A DNA stretch of 64,000 bases, taken from assembly GCA_028534125.1 (NCBI GenBank), contig CM052816.1, positions 43,464,001 through 43,528,000 on the forward strand. Direction: 5' to 3'. The notes beneath the pieces are model-generated. The model did no database searches. It was not told the DNA's origin and saw nothing but the letters and a program-made list of their open reading frames with translations. Positions 49,401 to 62,916 of the stretch are shown here, in pieces. This DNA comes from Lama glama. Its lineage: Eukaryota. Positions within the stretch are counted from its first letter, which is position 1. Each line of letters starts with the position of its first letter. Both the position numbers and the translations under genes were made by a program.

Positions 49401-50310
49401 CATACAAAGGCATAATTTATTTGAAGAGATATGTCTACCAAGAGGTTTTTATCAAGAAGATGTAAAGAACTCCTACATATCAATAAAAAAATACAAGCAA
49501 CTATCTAATAATGGGCAAATGTTTAGGTCACCTACTTCAAAACAAAGGCAGACAAATGGAAAATAAGCACGTGAAAATGGGCTCCAATCATTTGTCATCA
49601 AGGAAATGCAAATTAAAACCATAGTAAGATAGTCTTTCAAAATGACTGGTATGGCTTTTGTTAAAAAAGGCTTTAAAAACCAAATGTCTGTGAGATATGT
49701 GGAAATTGGATCTCCTGTGTGTACTGGTGGGAGTATAAATGGCATAACGAGTTTGGGAAACTGTCTGATACCTTCTTATAAAGTTAACCATCAATAATCT
49801 CTGTCTTTGCATCATTATATTCTAATGTTTTTACCCAAGAGAAATGAAAAGTCATGTCCGCAAAAAGACTTATCCAAGAATGTTCAGAATAGTTTTATTC
49901 ACAATAGCCCCAAATGTTTATCAACAGGAGAATAAATAAACTGTTATGTATTCATAAAATGAAATGCTGCTTAGCAAAAAAAAAAAAAAAAAAAAAAAGA
50001 ATGAACTAAGGATGCGTAACTGTATGGATGAATCTCATTCTGTGGAGCAAAATAAGCCAGATTCAAAAGAGCACATGCTGTGTGATTCCATTTATATGAC
50101 ATTCAAGAAATGATAAAACTAACATTGCAAGATTTTGAAATCAGAACAGCGGTTGTCTTGGGGTGGGGGAATAGGGTAGAATGATGTGTGAGAAAACTTT
50201 TTGGGGAGATGGAAATTTTCTGCATCTTTAGTTGTTGGTTACGTGGTTGTTTACATTTAGGTATTGAACTTAAGGATTTCACTGTGTAAATTTTACCTAA
50301 ATAAAAGCAG
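46402..50310 (+). mobile_element. Ancient L1 (L1ME/L1MD-type) with 5' region, ORF1 remnant, internally deleted ORF2 and 3' end
   Basis: ORF1-like ggggcagaaaaactatttgaaaagacaatgg; ORF2 motifs gctaacatcatactt, caaggcaaggatgtccactctca, ttcatggatggaagactcaatattgttaaaatgtc and ggaaatgcaaattaaaacc; 3' end aattttacctaaataaaagc. Confidence 0.85.
47809..47921 (+). repeat. Polypurine (GA/GAAA/GGAA)n compound microsatellite
   Basis: About 112 nt of purines with a single C. Confidence 0.95.
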
Positions 50311-51079
50311 TTAAAAATTTCATTGATTCAAAGATTTCAGATTTCTTATAAATAACAATTACTAAGAAAACAGATTTTAAGGATTAGTAATTGCTTGGTT
50401 CCTAACATCTGCTTTTATCGTTTTATGAAGTTTCCCTGTCAAATTTAATCTCTGTGGTTTTGTCTGAGACTTGAATGGGATTTTTCCTAGGAAAGTATTT
50501 TCACCCAAAATGGGACTCTGGTATCAAACTGTGGACTGAAAATCAAGATAAAACAACATAATCTAAGTTCTTGAGCTGAAAAATTGGCATTTCTTTGAAA
50601 CATTCGTAAAATATGTGGAAAAAAAATTTTGGTCTGTGTGAACCTTACTGCTCACAAGCACTGGGTAGGGGCTGAGATGTAGTTACGGAATTTGTCATCT
50701 AAAAATGGTTACAGACTCAGAGCAACTATTTAAATTAAGCATCTTTTTGCCATCCCACCCCTAATCTTCTTGTTTATTAGATCAGTGATCTTATTCAAAG
50801 GTCCAGGGACGTTTTCCACGTCAGTAATGAATCTGTGTTGTCCATGGTCCAATTTTATTTAATGTGAAAAAGGATCCAAGAAGGAGGAATAGGTGTGTGA
50901 GCACTACAAAGCGGACTCGCTCCCCTGGGGTGTAAAGAACAGAATGGCTGGAGGCCAGTTGTAAAATCTGTCTTACTGCTTGGCCCAAGCGAGGGAAGAA
51001 GGCTGGGAGGGAACTGGTGCAAAGAAAACTACCGCATAATATTTTCTAACAGCTAGTGACTTAGAAGACTCTCTAGAGT

Positions 51080-51500
51080 CTCACCATCTCTTATCTTTCT
51101 GGCCTCTTCTTCTACTCTCCTCCTCAACAGGCCAGGAGTGCTCTTATCTCAGTGCCTTTGCACCTGCTTTACCCATTGACTTGAATCCCCTAATTCCAGA
51201 GAACCACCAACCTCACTCTTCTACCTCCGTGAAGTCTTTGCTTAGATGTCATCTTCTTAGGGAGGCCTTCACTGACCCCAGTAGTTGAAGTTGAATTTCT
51301 TTATCTGACACTCCATATTCCCCTTTTCTCGTTCATGGTTTTTTCCCATAGCACATCACCTCCTCATATTTTATAACAGTTACTTAGTTTTTCAGCTCAT
51401 TGTCTTCTCACACTACAGTGCCAGCTTCATAAGGATAAGCTCTAGAACAGTGCCTGGAACAAAGCAGCTGATCAGCACTCATCCAGCGACGGAGGGAGTG
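51080..51500 (+). mobile_element. L2 3' region
   Basis: ctcagtgcctttgcacctgct...gcttagatgtcatcttcttagggaggccttcactgacc...ctagaacagtgcctggaac. Confidence 0.85.
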
Positions 51501-51559
51501 AGTGTGGAGGGGAGAGAGCCTGTGAGGAAGCCTGTTGGCTCCTGATCTAGACCATCTAG

Positions 51560-51725
51560 GCTGAAAGCTGACCCTCTGACCTTGAGCAAGTCACCTGAAG
51601 TCTCTGTGTCTAAGAGAAGTGAGCACCTACCTCATATGACTGTCGGGAGGATTTAATAAGTTAATTCTGTAGAACACTTAGGACAGTGCCTGGCATGTTT
51701 AATTGCTCAAAAAATACCAGTTATT
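51560..51725 (+). mobile_element. MIR fragment
   Basis: tgaccttgagcaagtcacctgaagtctctg...acacttaggacagtgcctggcatg. Confidence 0.75.
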
Positions 51726-51983
51726 GCTGGTATTCAATAATCTATGAATAACTTTTCTTCAAGGTCTTATGTGCTGTTATATGGGGATTTAAAATGAGAG
51801 GTCAAACCTTCTGAGAATTTAGAATTGAATTTTTTTACAGGTCCCTTTTCCCAGTAAGCCCTCTCATATGCTGCCTATTGAACTTCAGTTTCTTCTTTAA
51901 GATTCGGCTCCAATGTGACTTTCTAGGTGAGGCCACCCCATTTTCTCCACGTGGTATAAACTCTCTTTGCTCTGAATGCAAAA

Positions 51984-52125
51984 CATTCATTTATTCATCT
52001 GTTTGTTTTGCAAACATTTATTGAACATGTAATCATAGGCTAGATGAGGTGCTAGGGATATGGGGAAGACTAAGCTGTGGCTTTGACTTTGAGGCGTCTG
52101 TAGTCCACTAGCAGATGCAGACAGT
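51984..52125 (-). mobile_element. L2 3' end
   Basis: cattcatttattcatc...caaacatttattgaac...gtgctagggatatgggg. Confidence 0.7.
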
Positions 52126-52374
52126 CATAGAAATAAGGGCACGGTGGTGTCTTGTGTTCATTAGCAGGTAGAGTGCTTGTCAGTTTATGTCTGTCCCGTC
52201 TCCCGGATTGTGAATTTCTGTAACTGGAATCTCTACATTTCAGTTATTCTTTGTGTCACAGTTCCCTCTGCGGTGCTTGTCTGGCACGTGGCATGTCCTC
52301 AAACATGTTTATTGACATAATTGGGAAAAACAAGAAACGTGTAACAAAGAGACAAGTAAAAGAAACAAGGATGA

Positions 52375-52565
52375 TGATATTAATGGCTGACACTTAACTG
52401 GGTACTTGCTGTGAGTCAGTTACTATTCTAAGTACTTCACATGTTTTACTTTAACCTGTGTAACAACAGAATAGCAAGGAATGACTGTTCGTATTCTGTG
52501 GATGAGGAAAGAGGCTCAGAGAAACTAGGCAACTTGTCCGGGGACAGAACCATGGTTACAACTCA
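52375..52565 (-). mobile_element. MIR SINE
   Basis: aatggctgacacttaactgggtacttgctgtg...gatgaggaaagaggctcagagaaactaggcaacttgtcc. Confidence 0.8.
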
Positions 52566-54339
52566 GCAGTTTGCTTCCGAAGACTATTATTGTCTGCTGC
52601 TGTGTACAACAGTGAGATGCTGGGTGGTATCGTTCTGGAAACTTTTTGTGGTCAGCTACTTGTATCTGAGTATTTACTGTTTCTTCTCCTGCTATTTGTC
52701 TTTCTCCAAACTCTTGAGATACAGTTACGGACATAAAAGTTGTGGACACATGGCTCCGGGGAGTCATGTTTCAATTAGCAAAGTTGAGACCAGTGTGGTC
52801 AGCTCTCCGGCTTCTGACTTACTCCTTTTCTCCTTTTTCTTTCTTTCGATGTGGTTTAAAATGTGCTGATAGAGAATTGGACTGCTGACGGTAGCACCAA
52901 CCTACCCATCAAAAAGAAGGAGGCAGTGGGGAACATTTAGGAAGGACATAAAGATATTCCTTTCAATTTCTTAAAAGCCTTTACTGGTGGAGAGAGAGCC
53001 AGAAAGATAGGAGATGGTCCAAGGGGGCTTTGCCTTTCGTGAGTTGAAAGTTACATAGTATGGGGCAAAAAGTTATTTTTCTTTTTTGGCTTCTCTAAAT
53101 AAGAACAGACAGATCATCTTAGAAAATAAGGGGGGATTCTGTTTCAGCATCTGATGCAGTGTTAGGCTGGGAAATTATTATATACCTTGATTTGTTTCAA
53201 GGAATATCTATTTAGTCAGAACTTACAAGGGGACTTCATGTAGTTTCAATGTTCACAATTAGGTAAAATCCCTATTCTTTTCCTTTTGGATGAGCTATTT
53301 AGGATGAGAACTCGAGTTTATTTTAGCAGACTTACCTCAAAAACACTTGGATCCCGAGGTGCCAGAGCACTTCAGTAGCGTGGCTGTCATTGGTATACAC
53401 AGAAAAAAATAAGTATCCTCAAGGGTTTTTAGGGGAAAAATCAGCTAATTCTGTTGTATTAGTTAGGAACAGAAATAGTAGTATGTGACATTTTAAGCAA
53501 CCCCAAGAATGGGCTTTTTGTGAGGCAAATGCACCATCATCTTACATCAGATAATTACTCCTTCAGCTCCGACATGAGCAAAAAAAATCAATTTAGACCA
53601 TATTCCAACAGTCAGTTAAAAAATTGTGTTCTTATTGTGATTTCCCCCAAGAAAAACCTAAATATATTAATATTAGCAGAATTACTGTAAGAGGACAAGT
53701 TTGATAACATTAAATGAAATGGCAGAGACCTCTGATAGTAAAATTAGAGTTATGCCTGGGAGAAGAGAAAGCAATTCTAATATAATGGCTATTAGAACAT
53801 CAGGATTGCTATTATCTTAGAATGATATTATTACAGCAATTATATACTTTTTATAGCAAACCTTAATAAATTAAATTCTTTCAATTTTCTATAGTCTACA
53901 TTAAACTATTTATGTAGTGTCTATGTTGAGAGACTTGTATTTATACTATTTTTATATATTTTTGACAATAAAAATTACGTTCTTTAACATTGAGTATAAA
54001 CATCTAATTATATCAGCTTATATTAAATCCAGTTTTAACTAGTTTGCATAGTTAAACTCTGACTTTGACTCTGATTTTGAGATTTCCATGACACTTTCTC
54101 CTAGAACTCAATTGATAATATTATTATATTGCTTTCCATTTAGTTTATTATTCTTGGAGCAGAACTATTTTAATTATTAATTATTAGAATACAAAAGTAG
54201 CATGAGATAACAGGAAAGAGAACATGTTATGTGTTTTTTTTTAATGTCAAATAGAACAAGCATCCAATAATATTCACTGATTCAATGAATAATAGCTTGA
54301 AAGTGCATCTTACTATCTGTTAATCATAGTCATTATATT

Positions 54340-54480
54340 AACCAGCATTTATTGAGTACTTACCATATCTTAGGCACATTTGTTTTTTCTTTTTATACAT
54401 CATTTAATCCTCACAAAATCTGAGATTAGTGAGTTTGCGTATCTTGTCCAAGTTCAGGTGGCCAGCAGGTGATAATCTCA
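54340..54480 (-). mobile_element. MIR fragment
   Basis: agcatttattgagtacttacc...catcatttaatcctcacaaaatc. Confidence 0.7.
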
Positions 54481-57400
54481 AACCCACCTTCTCTTTCTCT
54501 GGGGTTTGCAGAAGCTACTGTCTTTCCCCTGTTCTGCAGGGTTTTCCCGCCCCTTTTTGTTCAGCCTCACCTGAAGAGTGAGCTCCATGGACTGGATTCT
54601 GTTAGTGGAGAGGATGAGTGGAGTGTCTCGGGCGCTGCTCTCCACCCCTTATGGGTGTCTGATCTCCTCCTTAGCTCCGGGCAGTGAGGTGGATTCATGG
54701 GCACTGAGTGGTCCTCCTGGACCTGGTGCTCACTAGCGGCCCCTCTGACCTACAGACGTTCTCTCCTCCTCCTTCCCCTCCTGTGGGTTGTTTTGTCTGC
54801 TGAGCTAGAGCCTCCCAAGTGACATGACGTTTCCAGGGCCCTCATCAGTGTTTTCACCAGATTAAAGGGAGACATTGAAACTGTTTGGCAAATACCATTT
54901 TGATTTGGAAGCCTTTTTGACTTTGAATTTTTAATTGTATTAACAACAATGTACTGGAGTAACATAGAAAAAGTTTATAACTTGGCCAGTCGAGGTCTAA
55001 TTTACAAAAAAAAATAGTAAAAATTTAAATTAACATTCACAGTCTTTTTCTGGATCAGGCCCTTTGCCCTTTGAGCCAAACAAAATCAGTCAAACTTCAC
55101 AAAAAAGACCAGGTTTGAATTTTGAATCTAGAATGTTCTGAATTAAAAGAAATAACTTACTTGTTCATTTTTAGTCTCTAATCAGGGACCCACTTTTATG
55201 GGCACCAGATTCCAATGCCATTAACTTGAATGCGTGCTTTCATGCACATTTACTTACATGGTTGCCAGAGCATGAGGTATCAAACGTGGAGAAGACTGCC
55301 TGGGGTTATGTGACATAGCCACTGTCATGGCTTCTTGTCTTTGAGTTTCAGTGCATGAGAAAAACCTTCATCCCAAGACAGTATCGTCTAGTTCTTAAAC
55401 ATATCATACTAGTGATACATAAATACTTAGAATAAATATCAAAATGTGATATGAAACTGTTCACTTCAACACACTATCAAGTAATGAATGGTAAAGTTTT
55501 TAGTCTGTTTAATATAATCATTATGGGTAATTCTCCATTAAAGGATGAATTAATATGACTCCCTCCCAATTTTTTTTAACCTTAAGATAGAAAATATTTA
55601 ATTTTAGATAGGGTTTTAGAGTTTTCCCTCCAGTTTGGATGGCACTGTCAAACTTACTTCTGGATTGACCATGGAAGAAAGAGAGGTAATTGGGTGATAC
55701 AGCTACTCTGTGCATTGAGAAACATGTCTCAGCTGGGTAAATATTGCCAACTCAGCATTCCCTCCCTTCATCAAATTCCCTTTTCACTTGCGTGAATAAA
55801 GTCCAGATTTTTCATACCTCAAACAGACTTTTTGAAAATGGTATAAAAACACAAGCCTGTTGCCTGAGAGAGCAAGACCCACCCGTCCTGCTACGCCAGT
55901 CTCGGGCTGCCTGGAGTGCTGGACAGCGGTGAACAGGACTGACAGAGCCAGGCCTAACTGGTGTGAAGGCCAAGGGCGCCAGGCCGATGAAACACTGCTG
56001 GAAACGTGCCTGCTGGAAACTCAGAACGGCATGGGTATGGTTTCATGCCAAAGATTTTTGGGAAGGGGTCCAAAAACATCTTCTGTAAGAGGAAATGAAA
56101 GAGGAAATAACTTGTTATTCCAAAGGGATGAGAGGGTTGGGGTGAGAGTTGAAAGAAGGTCTGAAAAGAGAGAGAGAAGTGAGCTGTGAAGGTGAGGAAA
56201 TGCTAAAGAGGGGAAGTGAGCAGTCAGAGCTGGGAATTTTAATAAGCTCACAAAGATAAGGAGGAAGTAGGGACTGTTTGGAAGGTAAACACACCCTAAT
56301 GGAAAGGGCAACCTTGCCAAGAATAACAACATCAGGATAATTAAAGGAAAAGGCCAACGTAACTGTGAGGAAAAAGAGAAAACGCTGAACGGATCTTAAA
56401 TATAAGAACATTCCAACTCAGCACTTCGTAACTGACAACATAAACAGGAAAAGGAAAGAGAGGTACTCGACAGCTACGCACACAGATACCCCACACCCTG
56501 TGATATTTGTGTTAATCACTCAGTTTTTTGTTGACTCAGGTATAGCGGGATGCATTGGGTCGGGGGAGATTATAACCTCCATTGTTTATCTCTCTGCGTC
56601 CCGTATGTTTTGTATGTTTGTCAGAGCAAGCCATGATCCTGGGATATGTAATTAATTTCATGAGTTATGTTATTTTGCAGTGTTAATGCTTGCAATTTAG
56701 TAGGCAATAAAACCAAGTCGTGCACCTCCTTTATACATATGATTTTTTTGAGCCCTTTTCATGCTAACTAATGGAGCACCTAAAAAATAATTTTAAAAGA
56801 TGATCAGACTTATTAAGTAGTATATTAATCACAGACAACGTCACATTGTGTAATACCACACTCCATTCTGTTCTGTATGTGGCTAATGCCACACTCTAAT
56901 TTGTGTTTTCTTTTAGTTCTTGGGCATTTCACAACCTTCTTTCTAGAATGAAACTGTTCAGAAGATGTGGCATATATACAGGGAGTTATACGGATGATAG
57001 CAAATAAAAATAACATGTACTTTTCAGTACAGAGATTCAAAGTAGATTTCTAATTTAGTCAAATGAAAGCTATATTGGAATCTCTTCCCTAAATTATTAC
57101 CAAAATAGTACTCATATATAACTTTATTTATTGTGAGAGACTATACAAAAATGACCAGTATATATATTTATTCTTTTGACCAGTATATATATTTTTTCTA
57201 TGTCATAAAATTTACCAAATCCAATTTTACTTCAATGTTTGTCTTTAACAAAATTCTCCCAGAGATTGTTTAATGTGTATCTAGATTTATAAGACTGGGT
57301 CATGCCATTCCAAAAATGTGCATCAGCCTATAAAACCCTAGGAATGACATGTGACTAACCAAACTAACCATAATTTCCTCTCTTTGGGGTGACTTTTTGT

Positions 57401-58216
57401 TAAGTTTAATTTCATTTGGTTCTGTAAAAATATTTTCATGAGTTGTTTTATTATTGGTACCGAGCCTTGCTCATACTGCAGTTTATAAAGGCTTAAAAGC
57501 TTGGCATGTTTCTCTTCTTTTGCCAGGAGCAATTGGTGACAAATAAAATAGAAACCTCAAACTTGGCTCTTTTACAAAACTATAGGAACTGGATTATTTA
57601 CCAGTATTGTCTAAATGTTCTCAAAGTTTAAAGAGCCAAGAAAGATGACATTTGAATGGACTTTTTTTTTTTTTTAAAAAAGGCAAGATATCTATTTGCC
57701 TATCAGACAGGCAGGTGCACTGGAGCCCTAGAGATAGGTGTAGTTTAGACCTGGCTTTGTCACAAACTACCTGTGTAACAAAGAGAGAAGGAAGAAAAAG
57801 AAAGGCCGCTTTCTAGCAAGGCTGGGGAGATGAGTTTAAGGAAAAAGAAGGAGAACAAGTTTCATGAGGACACTAGGGACCGAGGAACACGTTATTCAGA
57901 TCCACCAGGAGAAAGAACTAGGGAAGAAAACCTGGAATCCAGTTAAAGCAAACAGAAGAAAAGGCAGCTGTGTTTCTGGGTCTGTGGGTCTGGAAAGGAT
58001 AGCCTAGCTTTTCATGTGGACTCAGTGGGGTTGCTGTTGGATTTTGGAATTAAGAGTGTAGTTCTCAGACACCAGGCCAGACTGATAACTACTAGAGTTT
58101 GATTCACCTGGTTATGGGTGCCCCCTGGAAGGGGATGTTTACTTATAATTTTTATTTTTTAAAAGAAGAACATTGGTCTTAGGGTTATTCTTATTGCATT
58201 TAAGGAAATCATTTAC

Positions 58217-58243
58217 ATATATATATATATATATATATATATA
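58217..58243. repeat. (TA)n microsatellite
   Basis: Directly visible. Confidence 0.95.
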
Positions 58244-59682
58244 GCTTTTGAACTGTGGTCTCAAAGAATTAAAAACCACTTTCAACACACTTGAAAAATA
58301 TAGGTTAGCTCTCAATTATTTATGGTCTGGGACAGAGTGAGTCTAAAACTATTAATATGGGAATACCTGGGAATTTTGGATCTAGAAAAAGCTCAGAAAA
58401 CTGAATCTCCAAAATTGTTGCCCTAATTCCTACTAGAAGAAGGGGGAGTAGAGGCTAAGGCTAACAGATAGAACCTATAATGCCCCCGTGGAAAACTGAA
58501 GTTTGAATAGAATATCCCTGACTATATGCTTGCTTCTATGTTTATGTTGGAAAAGGTTGCTTTTAAGATCACTCAAGGCAGGAGGCTTATTCATCATTGA
58601 GTTTCATCTCCAATTTCAGCATCTAGCTTACTTTCTTGCACATTGTTGAGGCTCCATATTTTCTTGATATATCAAATTGAAAATAGAGTTTAGATGTTTC
58701 TTGTGAGTCCAATCTCCTTATTCATGGTAAAATTTCAACTATAGAGAATTATGTAAGTAGTGGGTAAAATCAATTTTCAGTGAAGGTCTCTGGGATACAT
58801 TAAATCCAAGTTGTAGCTTTCTTCCAAGTGGGGTCCGGGACAGACAGAGATAAGCACTTGTCTGGGCACATGGGCCACACGTCACGACACTTCAGGAAAT
58901 GCCATTTACTTCCTGCCCAAGGGAAAGTTGGACTGTCAAAGACAGAGACCTCCACACTTTTGTGTTCTGGCCCCACCTTTAAGGCATCCAGACCCTCCTG
59001 GCAGAAGTACATTTTCCATGAGTTCCCTTAGGACGACCTGACAAAATTTAAATGATTTGTTTTTTTCTTTCCGGTAGCAGGTTTTTTCTTAGTGTCATGA
59101 TCTTATTGTTCACCAACATGTCACAAGAAAAAACTATTCATAAAACGTTTTCTTCCTTTTACTTCAGAGTGTGATTGTCTGCCAGGATGCACAAGGGGAA
59201 GTTTGTGGGAATAGCAATTACCTAATAACAGCATCTTAAATACATCCTTATTTTATGGGTTGTGTTTGGAAACCACTTCCTTACACTGCAGGTTTTATTA
59301 GTGCTTAAAAGATAAGCTTGAATTTCCCTGCTTCTTGGGCAAATAAAAAGTGGAATCTTAACTTAGTCTGATTACCTTTTTATTGTATGTAAATTTTGAA
59401 ATGACTATTTTAATTTCATTTGATTAAGAAGAACATGAAAACATTCTTGCTATTGCTAGCACACTCCTCTTTGACTCTCATTGAGAGGAGGTGGAATCAT
59501 CCTCCCCTGCAGAGTCTGAGAGGATGCTCTGGGTTGGAGTAAGCTGTTGGTAGGTCCTCTCAGCAGATCCTTTACTCTGGTCCAGAACGAAAAGAGGATC
59601 AGTAACTTGATTTCTTCCTTCTTCTCTGAAAGGTAGAGGGCTTGACAAGTTGCCTTCTAAGTATGAGAAAGGAGAAAACAAT

Positions 59683-60193
59683 TGTATGTTTCTTGTTGCC
59701 GCTGTAGTAAATGACCACAAACTTAGGGACTTAAAACAACAAAAATATATTCCCTTCCAATTCTGGAGGGCAGAGTCCGCAATCAGTTTCACTGGGCTAA
59801 AGTCAAGGTGTCAGCAGGGCCATGCTGTGGGGGGGATCTGTTTCCTCCCCTTTTCTAGCTTCTGGAGTTGCAATCCTTGGCTCACGGCCCTTCCTCTCTC
59901 TTCAAAGACAACGACTAGCTTATGTTTTCTTGACCTGGCTTCCCTCTGCTTCTGCCTGCTTCTGCCGTATGGTCTTTTATTCTTCTGTAACCAAATCTGC
60001 CCTGCCTTCTTCTCATAAAGACACTTGTGCTTGCATTACGGGCCCACCTGGATAATCCAGGCTCATCTCCCCTCCTCAAGATCCTTAATTTAATGACATT
60101 TACAAAGTCCCTTTTTGCCATATAAAATCACATTCACAATTTCCAGGGATTAGGATCTGGATATTTTGAGGAGTCCATATTCAGCCTAACACA
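59683..60193 (-). mobile_element. MLT1C/D-like solo LTR
   Basis: TG...CA ends; accacaaacttagggacttaaaacaac...gggcccacctggataatccagg...ttccagggattaggatctggata. TSD is degraded (acaat/aagat). Confidence 0.9.
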
Positions 60194-61029
60194 AAGATCT
60201 TTCTTTTCTAAGAATGTAGGGGGCTCCTCAATAATTTTTTGCTTTTGTGAAAATTTAGAAACTAAAAACAAATGTTTCAATGGGAGAAACAGAATTTTTG
60301 AGATCACAAAAACATTTGTTTCTCGTAGAGGAATTTAGGATATAAAGGTGTTTTTTACAGTTATAAGTGAATTATCAGAAAAACGAAGAAGACCTAGCTT
60401 TCAGGCATGGGAGTTTTACAGGTGAAAGTGAGGCATGGTGGGATTCCATACCTCGTCTCTAATCAGTCAGACAGGGAGTAAGTGAAGACGCTTGGACTCA
60501 AACTCAGAGCCCATGTTTTACCTACTGGACCAGAATGAGGAGGGGAGGGTGAGGCTCAGTGCTAAGGTGATAAGTGATGCTAAGAAGAGATCGGTATCAG
60601 TAGAGGTGGGAGGTAGTGTTGGCTTCTGAAGTCAGAGTCATAATCTTATGTTGGAAGGCAACTAGATTTACTAGATTTCCTGGGGTGATACCTTTCAATC
60701 TGGTACTTTGGGCACCTAGGATCCAACCTAGTTAGTTTTTTAGTTATTATTATTGTGAATAGCAGTCAGCCAAAAGCAGAATTTGGAAAACAAGGCTCCT
60801 GCCCGCTCACAGAGACAGAGGTCAAGTGAGGGCCTCACACCCATCCATTCTCACCTGCTCCCGATCTTGTGCCAGCACTTACTTTCTTCTTATATCGTCA
60901 ACCCCTCATTCTGTCCTGGTCCCCTGTGATCAGGCTGCAAACCTGTTTCAGTCTACCTCTTTAATTAATTTTGGCATAACCTCCCTATCATGCTGTTACT
61001 CAATTTACCACCAAATTTCTTGAAAGAAT

Positions 61030-62030
61030 AGTTTAGTCTTGCCAAACTTCCTTCCTCTCTGCGCACTCACTTTTGCTCTCCTTATAGTCAGGGTTCCATC
61101 CCCACTGTTCTGCTAGAACCTCTCTTGGAGGTCACCAGTGTCTTCCTAGTTGCCAAACCTGTTGACCTAGTTCCAGTTCTTATTCTTAGGGACCTCTCTG
61201 CGCTATTTGAGAATATTGGTTACCTGCTACTTTTTGAAATCCCCATTTCTGTGTCCCTCCCTTCTGAGCCTTTCCTTCATTTCTTTTCCCTTCCTTAGAT
61301 GTTAGTATACTGAGGGTTCTGTCTCTGGTCCTCACCTCTTCTGCACCCCTTCTGCCTGCATCCTCTCATCCATTCCCATTGTGCCAGCAACTATGAATGT
61401 GAGGAAGATTTCCCACTACACCCCTGTAGCAAGACCCCTCTCCTGCGTTCAAGGCCTTCACTTCTAACATCTTCCCTATTATCTTCTTCTGAGTGTGCCC
61501 TGCTGAACTGCAAACTCATCATCTCAAAACAGGACTCTATGTGTTAGTTTCTACATTTGTGGTGTCTCTTCCATGATTGATCTTGTTTTATTTGAACACC
61601 ATCTACCTAGTATAGCAAACCAAGAACCATGGTGTTATCTCCTTTCTTTTTCACATCTAATTAGTCATTAAATTCTAGGTCTTTGGCATCCTCATTACCA
61701 CCTTCTTAACATGGGCCTTTATTCTTGCCTTCTCTGCCCCCAGTTCTCTTCACTGTCCATTCTGCTCTAAAGTGATCCATAAGCAATCACTGTTGAGAAT
61801 GCCTTTTGTCCTTCACAAAGTCCATCCAAGTCTTTCAGACCCAGCTAGAATCCTTGTCTGCAGAGGAGAAACTGGCTGATCCTCATTTGTCATCAGTCCC
61901 TGATCCTGGTCGAACTGCCCACTACCCAAGTGGATTAAAATTATTCAAGGGCCTTGCGTTGGTATTCTCAGAGCCTAGAACAGGACCTGGGGCCCACGAA
62001 GTGCTAACCAGTGTCTGCTGGATGAATTGC
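61030..62030 (+). mobile_element. L2 LINE: RT-region remnant to 3' end, fragmented
   Basis: ggtcaccagtgtcttcctagttgccaaac...gacctctctgcgctatttga...gagggttctgtctctggtcctcacctcttct...agcctagaacaggacctgg. Confidence 0.8.
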
Positions 62031-62526
62031 GGGAGTCAGAACAAGAAGACTGAGGGATGACTCAGTGAAGCTAGAGGAACATGATTTTCAAAATGAATGA
62101 AAGACACTTTCCTATATCATCTTTTCTTTCTTTTCCAGTTTCAATTTGGACTTCAGGGCTCATTAACCCAGACCATTCTTTTCAATACTACAGTAAGGAA
62201 AGAAACTTTTGGAGAATCATGTAATTGAATTAGAAGTCCCCAAGAACATCTTTTTTTCCCCCCTGTCATAGGATTAAACTTTTACCCATTAGTTCCCAGA
62301 CAAAATTTTCAGAAATCCTCTCTCAAACTTTGTTAATTGAGAAAAACACCTTTATTTGGCCTCTCAGTTACTCACAGGTGATTTGGGCTGTGTTTGTATC
62401 TTTGATAAGATATGCATTTATAGGTAGGGAACTTTTAAAGCATTTTGAATACCGACTGAGGTCCTCTATTAGAAATCTCTCCATACATTTTGAGAAAAAG
62501 GAGGCAGCTGTCAGGAAAAAAGAAAA

Positions 62527-62665
62527 CTAATATTTACTGAGCCACAAATACTTGGCAAGCACTCTTGTAAGTGCTTTCACAAACTTCTCACATCTCCAAA
62601 CAACTTTGCCTGGAAGGCAAGACCAGACTGAGATGTGCACCCAGGACCTCTGCCTTCAAGTTGAG
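62527..62665 (-). mobile_element. MIR fragment
   Basis: taatatttactgagccacaaatacttggcaagcactcttgtaagtgctttcaca. Confidence 0.65.
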
Positions 62666-62916
62666 ATTCCCTAAATATTTAGTCACATTTATATAAAGTC
62701 TGGGCGGGCACTGCTGGTGGGAAGAACCGAGGTGGGAATGTCACAGGGGCTTAGCTTCCACTTTATTGTTCCTGGCAATTCAGCTCTGGCTGCAAAAAGC
62801 AAAGCAAAACACTGCATTGCCTAGAGTTTTCCTCCTTTGAAGGCAGTTTATGCTCAGTTATTATAACTTAGGAACACCTCTGGTGATCACACCCCACTTT
62901 CCCACCCAAATGGAAC

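Noticed and set aside
58117..58133. CTCF-like words (gtgccccctggaag; also 54731-54750)
   Set aside because: Mismatches at high-information motif positions; not supportable without a PWM scan or ChIP data.
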